DNA of 64,000 nucleotides from an uncultured Actinomycetota bacterium (GTDB lineage Bacteria; Actinomycetota; Actinomycetes; Streptomycetales; Streptomycetaceae): NCBI GenBank assembly GCA_963816875.1, contig CAWFMG010000003.1, positions 341,683 to 405,682 of the forward strand, read 5' to 3'. Shown piece by piece: positions 43,473 to 52,252 of this stretch (position 1 is its first letter; each line of letters starts with the position of its first letter). The notes under the pieces were generated by a model. It saw only the letters and a program-made list of their open reading frames with translations, ran no database searches and was not told where the DNA came from. The position numbers and the translations under genes were made by a program.

Positions 43473-46400
43473 TCACCGCATCTGCCGGCGCGCCAGCTCG
43501 TGGAAGAGGCCACCCGTCTCGGCAAGCAGCGCCGCGGGCGGCCCCTCCTGGACGACCCGTCCGTCCGCCATGACGACCACCCGGTCGGCGTCCATGATCG
43601 TGGAGAGCCGGTGCGCGATCACGATCCGCGTGGCCCGCAGCGCGCGGGTGGACTCGATGACCACCCGCTGCGCCTCGTTGTCCAGCGCGCTGGTGGCCTC
43701 GTCGAAGAAGAGCACGCGCGGCCTGCGGATCAGCGCCTGGGCGACCATCAGCCGCTGGCGCTGGCCGCCCGAGACGGCGCCGCCGCCGGAGGACAGGATC
43801 GTGTGCAGGCCCATCGGCATCGCGTGGATGTCCTCGGCCAGACCGGCCATCGCGGCGGCCTCCCACACCTCGTCCAGCGAGTACGTGCCGGCGCCGCGGA
43901 TGCAGTCCAGGATCGAGCCGGCCAGCGGCTGCGCGTGCTGCAACACCACACCGCACTGCCGGCGCACCGCCGCCTGGTCGAGCGCCGCCAGGTCCTGCCC
44001 GTCGTAGAGCACACCGCCGGACAGCGGCTGGTCGAAGCCGATGAGCAGCCGCAGCAGCGTGGACTTGCCGCAGCCGCTCGGCCCGACGACCGCGAGGAAC
44101 TCGCCCTCCCGCGCCTCGAAGGAGACCTCGTCCAGCACCAGCGGGCCGCTCTCCGCATAGCGGTAGGAGAGGTTCCTGACCTCGACGCGGCCGCGCAGCT
44201 CGCCCGGCGGGCTGCCCGCCGCCGGCGCGCCGTCCCGTTCCCCCGCCGCCGGGACCCCCTCGGGCGTCTCCTGGAAGATCGGCCTGACCTGCTCGAACAT
44301 CGGCAGCACGGCGGCGGCCGAGAGCAGCGCGCCGGTGAGCTGGGTGACCGAGGACAGCATCATCGTCACGGCGGTGCTGAAGGTGAGGAACGCGGCCGCG
44401 GACATCGAACCGCGGGCCGGTCCTGCCAGCAGCATGAACATCACCAGGGTGCAGAGCGGCAGGCACACCGCGTTGAGCACGGTGACGCCGTTCTTGATCC
44501 TGCCGATGCGCTGTTGCAGCTCCCGGGTGCGGGCGAACTCCCGCGCCCAGGCCGCATAGGCGAAGCTCTCGGCGGCGGCGAGCCGCAGCTTCGGCAGGCC
44601 GCGCAGGGTCTGGTACGCGCGGTTGTTGAGCTCGTTGCTCAGCTTGATCAACTGCCGCTGGTAGCGCAGCTGCCACAGCCCGAGGCCGAGGAAGACGGAC
44701 GCGATGACCAACAGCATGGCCAGCGCGACCAACGCCAGCGGCACGCTGTAGACCAGCAGCAGGACGAGGTTCATGGTGCCGACGCTGCCGGCCTGTACGC
44801 ATACCGAGCCGACGCCCGACAGCACCCGGCGGATGGCGCTGATGCCCATGGCGGCGCTGGCCAGTTCGCCCGTGGAACGGCCGGCGAAGAACCGCGTCGG
44901 CAGCCGCAGCAGCCGGTCCCACACGGCCGGCTGGAGACTGGCCTCCACGCGGCCCTCCATCCGGAGGATGGCGACGTTCTGCAGGAGCATGAACGCGGCG
45001 GCGACGACGCTGGTCGCGACGATCGCCACGCCGGCCTGGAGGATGAGGTCGTGCTGGGCGCGCGGCACGTACTCGCCGAGCACCCGTCCGGTGGCGATGG
45101 GGACCAGCGCGCCGAGGCCGACCGCGACGAGCCCGCCCAGCACCAGGCGGCGCAGCTCCGCGCCGGTGCCGCGCACGCTGAACCGCACGAGCTGCGGCAG
45201 GCCGAGCGGCCGGTCGGGCAGCGGCCGGTAGAGCATCACGGCGCTGGGCTCGAACGCGTCCGCGTTGGCCGGTCCGACGCGCTCGCGCGTGCCGGCGACC
45301 GGATCGACCGCCAGATAGCCGCCGCGCCGCCAGAGCAGCGCGACCGGTGCGCCGTCTGCCTCGCGCCGGCCCACCAGCGGGCCGCTGTGCTCCGCCCACC
45401 AGCGCCCGGCGAGCCCGACCACCCGGGTGCGGACCCGCGACGCGAGGGCGACGCGTTCCACGGGGTCGGTGTGGTCGTCGGCGCCGGCGCCGAGGCCGGC
45501 GTGGCGCGGTTCGGTCAGGGTGATGCCGTCCTCGCCGGCGACCAGGCGGCATGCGGCGAGGGTGGCGTCGTCGCCCTGTCGTGACGACGCGGCCGGCCGC
45601 CCGGCCGCGGGGTCGCGGCCGGTGCGGCCGATGGCGTCGAGCAGCGTCTGGTCGGCCTGGCTGCGGGCGGCCTCGCCGGCCCTGATGCCGGCCGCGGTGC
45701 GGTCCTCGTGGGCCCGTTCCAGCTGGTCGATCCAGCGGTCCAGGGCGCGCAGCAGTCGGTGCTGCTGGTCCACCATGCCCTGCCACATCGCCGCGTCCAC
45801 CAGCAGCGTGCCGGCGGCGCCCTCCTGGTACGCGGCGCCGTAGTGGACGCCGCCGGGCGGCACATGCATCCACAGGATGTCGTCGTCGGCGGCCCCGCCG
45901 CCCTCGTCGGCGCTGGCGCGACCGTCCAACGGGGCCTGGTAGAGCGCCCGCAGACCGCGCCCGATGCCGCGGGCGAAGGCGTCCTCCAACGGGCTCACCG
46001 GCGGCTGGCCACCGCCGAACCCGGCGCCCCCGTACGGGTCGTATCCGCCGTACTCGCCGTACCCGCCGCCCGGCCCCTGGCCCCCGAACCCGGCGTACTC
46101 CCCGTACCCTCCGGTGTCCCCGTACCCTCCGGTGTCCCCGTACCCGCCGAACTGACCGTACCCGCCGTACCCCCCGGACGGGTCGTACCCGTCGTACCCC
46201 TCGTACCCTCCGGCGCCGGCCGCCGGCAGCGCCTGGAGCTCGATCCGGTGTAGCCGGCACCCCTCGAGCGGCCGGGCCACCAGCGTGTGCTCGGGTCCCT
46301 GCACGGGCCCGAGCAGCAGCGTGCCGCCCTCCAGCCGGCCGAGGAAGTGCCAGTGCCCCACCCCGCCCGCGTCCACCGCGAACACGTCCAGCGAGCCCTC

Positions 46401-46535
46401 CACCACCAGCCACAGCACGGCGGGCCCCTCCAGGGACAGACTGCGCAGCCCGGCGCAGTCGACCGCCTGCCCCAGCCCGCCCAGGGCCGCGACGACCGGG
46501 TCGGGGAGCGTGGCGTGCTGCCGGGCGTCGGTCAT
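43473..46535 (-). CDS. ABC exporter permease/ATPase with an N-terminal cyclic-nucleotide-binding-like barrel (NHLM-type 'ABC2'-like)
   Basis: ATG 46535 (MTDARQ), preceded by GGGGG. VLWLVVEGSLDVFAVD barrel, six-TM ABC_membrane region, Walker A GPSGCGKST, signature VSGGQRQRL and Walker B VLFFDEATSALD. Confidence 0.85.
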   Translation of the reverse strand: MTDARQHATLPDPVVAALGGLGQAVDCAGLRSLSLEGPAVLWLVVEGSLDVFAVDAGGVGHWHFLGRLEGGTLLLGPVQGPEHTLVARPLEGCRLHRIELQALPAAGAGGYEGYDGYDPSGGYGGYGQFGGYGDTGGYGDTGGYGEYAGFGGQGPGGGYGEYGGYDPYGGAGFGGGQPPVSPLEDAFARGIGRGLRALYQAPLDGRASADEGGGAADDDILWMHVPPGGVHYGAAYQEGAAGTLLVDAAMWQGMVDQQHRLLRALDRWIDQLERAHEDRTAAGIRAGEAARSQADQTLLDAIGRTGRDPAAGRPAASSRQGDDATLAACRLVAGEDGITLTEPRHAGLGAGADDHTDPVERVALASRVRTRVVGLAGRWWAEHSGPLVGRREADGAPVALLWRRGGYLAVDPVAGTRERVGPANADAFEPSAVMLYRPLPDRPLGLPQLVRFSVRGTGAELRRLVLGGLVAVGLGALVPIATGRVLGEYVPRAQHDLILQAGVAIVATSVVAAAFMLLQNVAILRMEGRVEASLQPAVWDRLLRLPTRFFAGRSTGELASAAMGISAIRRVLSGVGSVCVQAGSVGTMNLVLLLVYSVPLALVALAMLLVIASVFLGLGLWQLRYQRQLIKLSNELNNRAYQTLRGLPKLRLAAAESFAYAAWAREFARTRELQQRIGRIKNGVTVLNAVCLPLCTLVMFMLLAGPARGSMSAAAFLTFSTAVTMMLSSVTQLTGALLSAAAVLPMFEQVRPIFQETPEGVPAAGERDGAPAAGSPPGELRGRVEVRNLSYRYAESGPLVLDEVSFEAREGEFLAVVGPSGCGKSTLLRLLIGFDQPLSGGVLYDGQDLAALDQAAVRRQCGVVLQHAQPLAGSILDCIRGAGTYSLDEVWEAAAMAGLAEDIHAMPMGLHTILSSGGGAVSGGQRQRLMVAQALIRRPRVLFFDEATSALDNEAQRVVIESTRALRATRIVIAHRLSTIMDADRVVVMADGRVVQEGPPAALLAETGGLFHELARRQMR
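46005..46223 (-). repeat. Coding low-complexity Gly/Tyr-rich insert (about 73 aa) in the ABC2-like protein
   Basis: AGAGGYEGYDGYDPSGGYGGYGQFGGYGDTGGYGDTGGYGEYAGFGGQGPGGGYGEYGGYDPYGGAGFGGG. Confidence 0.85.
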
Positions 46536-49172
46536 CTCGGCGCCCCCTCGCCGCCGGGGTGGGCGCCGGGGCCGGCGAACCGCCGCCGGGTTCACCAGCC
46601 GCGCGTACGCGCCACCCGTCGCCAGCAGCTGCTCGTGCCGGCCGCGTTCGACCACCGTGCCCCGGTCCAGCACGACGATCTCGTCGCTGTCCCGCACCGT
46701 GCTCAGCCGGTGCGCGATGACCACACAGGCGCAGCCGCGGCGCCGCAGGTTGTCGATGATGAGCTGTTCGGTCACCGCGTCCAGGGCGCTGGTCACCTCG
46801 TCGAGCACCAGCACGCTGGGCCGGCGCACCAGCGCGCGGGCCAGTTCGAGGCGTTGGCGCTGTCCGCCGGAGAAGTTCCGGCCGTCCTGCTCGACCCGGC
46901 TGTGGATGTCGCCGGGGCGGCGCGCCACCGCGCCGTAGACCGCGGCGTCCCGCAGCGCGGCGACCACCGCCTCGTCGGGGATGGACGGGTCCCACAGCGC
47001 GACGTTGTCCCGGACGGTGCCCTCGAAGAGGAAGACGTCCTGGTCGACGAAGGCGACGGAGGCGGCCATGGCGCCGCGCGGGATGTCGGCCAGCGGCATC
47101 CCGTCGATCCGGATGGTGCCCTCCCACGGCGTGTAGAGGCCGGCGAGCAGCCGGGAGACGGTGGACTTGCCGCTGCCGGAACCGCCGACGAGGGCGAGCT
47201 GCTGCCCGGGGCCCACCGACAGCGTCAGGTCCGTCAGCAGCGGCGCGTCCAGCGGGCTGTAGCCGAAGGTGACGCCGTCGAGTTCGACGTGGCCCGTCAG
47301 CCGGCGGGTGCTGGCGGCCGGTTCGCGCCGCGAGAACAGCGGATCCACGGGGAAGTTCTCGACGTCCCGCAGCCGGGCCACGTCGGCGGCGAAGTCCTGG
47401 AGCCGTCCGGCCACGGCGTTCAGACGGGTGATCGGCGCGGTGAAGCTGGTCACCAGGGCCTGGAACGCGACCAGCAGGCCGACGGACAGGTGCCCCTCCA
47501 CCGCCCGCGTGCCGCCGACCGTCAGGATCACCGCGCTGTTGAGGGCGGCCAGCGTCGGCGCGACGATCGCCAGCCAGGCGCTGGGCACCCCGAGCCGCTG
47601 CTGGGTGTCGAGGGTGGTGGCGTGCTGGCCGGCCCAGCGGCGGAAGAAGCCGTTCTCGCCGCCGGTGGCCTTCATGGTCTCGATCAGCGTCAGGCCGCTG
47701 TAGGCCGTGTTGGTCAGCCGGGCGCTGTCGGCGCGCAGCTTCTGGGTGCCGGTGGCCCGCAGACGGATCACGATCCGCATGGCGAGGATGTTCAGCAGCG
47801 CGATCGCCACGCCCACGATGGTGAGTTGCGGGTCGTAGGTCCACAGCAGCACGGCGTAGAGCACCACCACCACGGCGTCCACGCCGGCGGCGGCCAGATC
47901 GCGGGCGAGGGTCTCGGCGACCGTGTCGTTGGACTGGAGGCGCTGGACCAGGTCGGCGGGGCCGCGCTGGGCGAAGAACGTGACGGGCAGCCGCAGCAGA
48001 TGCCGCAGGAAGCGGGCGCTGCCCAGGGTCGAGGAGATGATCCGGCCGCGCAGTAGGTTGGCCTGCTGCAACGCGGTCAGCGTCGCGGTGAGCACCAGGG
48101 CGGTCGCCATCGACGCGAACAGCACGCCCAGCATCGACGTGTCGCTGCCGATGAGGAACGTGTCGATGTACGTGCGGCTCAGCGCGGGCACCGAGGCGCC
48201 GACGACGACCATCAGCAGGCTGGCGAGCACCGCCGCGAGCGTGGTGCCCGAGGTACCGCGCAGCCGGGCCGGCATGGCGCGGGTGACGCCCGGTTTCCGG
48301 CCCATCCGGCGGAACCGCTCGCCGGGCTCCATCACCAGCACCACGCCGGTGAAGCTGGTGTCGAACTCGTCCATCGGCACGAAACGGCGGCCCCTGGCGG
48401 GGTCGTTGACGTACACGCCGCGGCGGCCGAGGCGGCGGCTCATGCCGTCGAAGACGACGTAGTGGTTGAACTCCCAGAACAGCACGGCGGGCGCGCGGGT
48501 CTCGGCGAGCGCGGCCAGGTCCATCTGCATGCCCTTGGCGGTCAGGCCGTAGCTCCGCGCCGCCTTGAGGAGGTTGCTGGCGCGGGAGCCGTCGCGGGAC
48601 ACGCCGCAGGCGATGCGCAGCTCCTCGAGCGGGACGAAACGGCCGTGGTGGGCGAGCACCATGGCCAGCGCGGCGGCGCCGCACTCCACGGCCTCCATCT
48701 GCAGCACGGTGGGCGTGCGGACGGGGCGGGGCGAGCGGCGCGTTGGCCGCGCGGAGCGCCCCGGCCCGCGTCCCCCGTGCCGGGCGCCGGCGCGCGGCCC
48801 CGCGCGCCGGCGCCGGTGCCCGGACCCCGCGGTCGGGCGGGGCCCGGACGTGGTGCCCCCCGGCCGCGCCGCGCCGCGGCCCGGCCCCGGTGCCGGGCCG
48901 TCGGCCCGGGTCGTGCCGGGCCCGGCGGCCCGGCCCTCGGCGTGCGTGGGGCCCGGTGCCCCGGCCGGTGCCTGTCGGGCCGGTGCCGGGCCGGGGGCCA
49001 CGGGCCGTTCCTGTCCGTGCCTGTGCCCCTGCCGCTGTGCCTGCTGGGGAGCCTGCCGGGGCGGCTGGTCCTGGGCTTGTGCCTGTCTCCGTCGCTGCGC
49101 CCGGGTCTGCCCCTGGCTCTGCGCCCGCGACGCCGGCGAAGCCGGGGGGTCGGGGACGGGGGAGGGGGTCAC
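46536..49172 (-). CDS. Peptidase-C39-containing ABC transporter (PCAT; NHLM-type 'ABC1'-like); no in-frame stop before the next gene
   Basis: GTG 49172 overlaps the HlyD stop (GTGA). TPTVLQMEAVECGAAALAMVLAHHG (C39 Cys), six TM spans, GGSGSGKST, FSGGQRQRL and VLVLDEVTSALD. The first 150 aa or so are R/P/Q/G-rich, so the start is uncertain (alternative GTG near 49001). The frame stays open into 46535. Confidence 0.8.
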
Positions 49173-49975
49173 GGGAGCAGCCAGTCGACGGGGCGCTCGG
49201 TGGACAGCTCGACCGAACCGGTGACCAGCGTGCGGGAGGCGATCGCGTACGGCGGCCCGTCCGTCGACGACCACAGGTAGCCGGACTCGGTGGCGGCGGA
49301 CCGCTCCAACCGCACCACCACCGCGACGGGGTTGCCCTGCTGCGCGAACTGTGCGGCGAGCTGGGCGTCGCCGAGGAAACCGCCGATCTGCGCCTGCGTC
49401 TGCGGCGCGCGGCCGACCGATCGCACCTCGCCGCGCAGCACGCCGAACTGCTCCTGCGGCACGGACTGGACGCTCACGTCGACCGAGGAGCCCTCGCTGA
49501 TGGTCGCCCCGCTCCCGGCCGGCAGGTAGAGCACGGCGACCAGCGGCTCGTCCGGGTCGTCGACGTGTTCCAGGGTCGCCACGTCGGCGCCGGCCGTGAT
49601 CACCGTGCCGGCCCGGGCGACGAGCGCCGTGACCCGACCCCCGGCCACGGCGTCGACGTCCTGCTCGCCCTCCTCGGTGCGCACGGTCATCAGCGGGGCG
49701 CCCGGTGCGAGCAGTTCGCCCTCCTCGGCGAGCACCCTGGTGACCTGCCCGGCGACCGGGCTCTGCAGCACGTAGCTGCCCTCGACGTGGGTGAGGATGC
49801 CCGGGGCGGTGAGCGTGGAGGACACCGAGCCGGTGAACGCCCAGAAGCTCGCGGCCGCCATGACCAGGATCGTGACGGCCAGCACGAGCCGCCCCTGCGG
49901 GCGGGCGAAGCGCACGGGGAGGTCGAGTTCTTCCGGCGACTGGAGCTTGGCCAGCGCCTTGGTGCGGAACTGCAC
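49169..49975 (-). CDS. HlyD-family secretion adaptor (NHLM bacteriocin-system type)
   Basis: ORF 49169..49975. MQFRTKALAKLQSPEELD, one TM span (LVLAVTILVMAAASFWAF), then beta-barrel/lipoyl-like segments. Confidence 0.85.
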   Translation of the reverse strand: MQFRTKALAKLQSPEELDLPVRFARPQGRLVLAVTILVMAAASFWAFTGSVSSTLTAPGILTHVEGSYVLQSPVAGQVTRVLAEEGELLAPGAPLMTVRTEEGEQDVDAVAGGRVTALVARAGTVITAGADVATLEHVDDPDEPLVAVLYLPAGSGATISEGSSVDVSVQSVPQEQFGVLRGEVRSVGRAPQTQAQIGGFLGDAQLAAQFAQQGNPVAVVVRLERSAATESGYLWSSTDGPPYAIASRTLVTGSVELSTERPVDWLLP

Positions 49976-50146
49976 GAGCTGGTCTGTCCCTCACCGGGGG
50001 CCGGCCGGCCGGCGGGCGCTCATGAACCCCGGAACTGGGGAGCATCCGGGGTTCATGTGCCACCTCACCGGCGCGGCCGTGCGCCCGTCAGATGCGGAAT
50101 GCCGCGGGGCGTCGGGCCCGTGGCCGGAGAGTGTGTTCAGGTAGTG

Positions 50147-50170
50147 CTCAAAAGGCGCTCTGACAGCGCT
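50147..50170 (-). terminator. Weak stem-loop plus short U-run immediately after the precursor gene (possible attenuator)
   Basis: Minus strand AGCGCT-GTCAG-AGCGCC-TTTTG. Only a 5-bp perfect stem. Confidence 0.3.
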
Positions 50171-50406
50171 CAGAGACCGGCGAGGCCGGTCACACCGGTG
50201 ATGTTGACGCCGGTCAGGCCGGCGACCTGGCTGGTCGCCTGGCCGGCCAGGCCCTGCACGTAGCCGACGGTCTCAAGCGAGTTGACGGCGGCGGTCACGT
50301 CGGAGGTCACGGCGCCGACCAGGCCAGTGGCAGCGGCGGCGACACCACCGGCCACGGCGTCCAGCTCGGTGTCGGCGATCTCGCGGGTCTCAAGGTCGTT
50401 ACGCAA
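50170..50406 (-). CDS. Double-glycine-leader precursor peptide (78 aa from TTG 50406; 91 aa if ATG 50445)
   Basis: C-terminal part of ORF 50170..50646. Leader (M)RNDLETREIADTELDAVAGG, then the 57-aa core VAAAATGLVGAVTSDVTAAVNSLETVGYVQGLAGQATSQVAGLTGVNITGVTGLAGL. GAAGGGA lies 8 nt upstream of the TTG. Confidence 0.6.
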   Translation of the reverse strand: MRNDLETREIADTELDAVAGGVAAAATGLVGAVTSDVTAAVNSLETVGYVQGLAGQATSQVAGLTGVNITGVTGLAGL

Positions 50407-50885
50407 GGCGCGTGTCCCTTCAAAGGTGGTCGGAGTTCTTCTCATCCCAGTGGCCCGAGAACGGGTCGCCTGGCGCCGGGATACAAACACGCGAACGCAG
50501 GTCGTGGCCAGCGTCGTTGACCCTGGCCAGCGGCCTCGGCGGACCCTGCGGTGACCGGCGTGCACCTTCTTTTCCCAAGTAGCGGCAACTTTTTCGCGTA
50601 ATGAGGCAACGGCCCCACTCACCTCTCCGCCACTACGGGGCCTCAAACGATCAGAATGCGGACGATGGGCGTCATGTCGGCCATCGACCCGAACGCGAAG
50701 AGAAAGGCTCCGGTTGCGTCCACAGTGTGAAGGTCTTTCGCCGAAGACTCCTCACATGACTGAACCGGCCCCGGGCGGGACCGGTCGTCGGCACCGGGAC
50801 GGGGGCAGGAGGCGGCGTCCAAGTGCCGTTTGCGCGCGCTCGCGGGAGGACGAACCATGGTGCGGAGCCGTCGAAGGAGGCTGGT

Positions 50886-51932
50886 ATGCGGGGTGCCGAG
50901 CGCGGTCTGACGTTCGTGGTGGGGACCGGACGCAGCGGCTCGACCGCGCTGTCCCAGATCCTCCACGCCCACCCGGACGTCCTCAGCCTCAACGAGCTGC
51001 TCGTCTCGCTCATGGACCCCGACGCGTCCTTCCCGGTGCGGCCGCTGACGGGCGAGGAGTTCTGGCGCCTGCTGTCGGAGCCCAACCGGGCGTTCGACGC
51101 GATGATCCGCAGCGGCGTGTGGATGGCGGAGTTCGGCTACCGGCCCGGGCGGTACTCCGCCCAGACCACCGGCATCCCCAAGCTGTCCCTCATGGTGCTC
51201 CCGCATCTCACCGACGACCCCGACGCGTTGTTCGACGAGCTGGGCCGCGCGGTCCGGGAGTGGCCGCGCCGGAGCGCGCCCGCGCACTACGAGGCGCTGT
51301 TCGCGCTGCTGCGCGACCGTTTCGGCAGGCGGGTCGTCGTGGAGCGTTCGGGGCACTCGCTGCGCTGGCTGCCGTACCTCCGGCTGGCCTTCCCCACCGC
51401 GCGCTTCGTCCACCTGCACCGCAACGGGCCCGACTGCGCCGTCTCCATGAGCCGGCACGCGGGGTTCCGCACCATCGCGCTGCTGGCCGAGATGTGCGAG
51501 CTCGCGGGGGTGAAGAAGAGCTCCGAGCTGACGCCGGAGCGCGTCGCGACGCTGCCGCCGCGGCTGTCCGGGCTGCTGGCCGAGCGGTACGACCCGGCGC
51601 TGCTCTGGGGCGCCGACCTTCCGGTGACCCGCTTCGGCGCGCTGTGGTCGGAGATGATCCGGGCCGGCCTGGACGAGCTGTCCGCGATCCCGGCGGACCG
51701 GCGCATGACCCTGTCGTACGAGACGCTGCTCGACGAGCCGGACCGCGAGCTGTCCCGGCTCGCGGCGTTCACCGGCGTGGCGGCGCCCGCCGGGTGGCTG
51801 GCGACGGGCCGGGAGGTCCTTGACCCGGGGCGGCGCGATCTGGTCCGCCTGCTCGCGCCCGAGGAGCGCGTCGCGTTGGAGGAGGCGTGCGCACCGGGCA
51901 CCGCCGCCCTCGCCAGCGCCGGTGCCGGCTAG
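50886..51932 (+). CDS. Sulfotransferase-family protein (PAPS-dependent type)
   Basis: ATG 50886 preceded by GAAGGAGG, within ORF 50823..51932. 5'-PSB-like FVVGTGRSGSTALS and 3'-PB-like HLHRNGPDCAVSMS. Confidence 0.8.
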   Translation: MRGAERGLTFVVGTGRSGSTALSQILHAHPDVLSLNELLVSLMDPDASFPVRPLTGEEFWRLLSEPNRAFDAMIRSGVWMAEFGYRPGRYSAQTTGIPKLSLMVLPHLTDDPDALFDELGRAVREWPRRSAPAHYEALFALLRDRFGRRVVVERSGHSLRWLPYLRLAFPTARFVHLHRNGPDCAVSMSRHAGFRTIALLAEMCELAGVKKSSELTPERVATLPPRLSGLLAERYDPALLWGADLPVTRFGALWSEMIRAGLDELSAIPADRRMTLSYETLLDEPDRELSRLAAFTGVAAPAGWLATGREVLDPGRRDLVRLLAPEERVALEEACAPGTAALASAGAG

Positions 51933-52252
51933 AGCCGCAGCTGGGGTCACGCGGCGTGCGCCGCGGGCAGCAGCGTCGTGGAACGCCCGTGGGTCCTGCA
52001 CTGGTACCCCCGCGACGCGTTCGAGAGGCTGGCCACGGCCGCCGTCTGACCGTGACCGCGGTCACCGATCCACATGGCAGGCCCGCCCCGTCGACGCCAC
52101 CGACGCGCATTTCCGGCTCCGAGCGGCCGGCTGAACCATCCCTCCGCAGGAGCCACCGCGGCACACCAACCAACTAATAAAATTTGACTAGTCGGAATCG
52201 CGGGTCGTACCGTCGGGGCCGATCCGCCCAGATGTGATGAGTCGGAGGACCG

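Noticed and set aside
43473-50063. A single 2196-aa ORF spanning the HlyD region and both ABC genes.
   Set aside because: The part above 49172 is an R/G-rich shadow of the HlyD gene, which reads in another frame (49169..49975). Only the segment from 49172 down is credible. The absence of a stop between the two ABC genes is reported separately.
50170-50445. A lanthipeptide or thiopeptide interpretation of the GG-leader precursor.
   Set aside because: The core contains no Cys. No LanB/C/M/KC, YcaO or radical-SAM gene is present in the window.
50656-50730. A 24-aa plus-strand mini-ORF (MRTMGVMSAIDPNAKRKAPVASTV) in the precursor/sulfotransferase intergenic region.
   Set aside because: It has no RBS, no leader-like motif and no supporting context. 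This is more likely promoter or UTR sequence.
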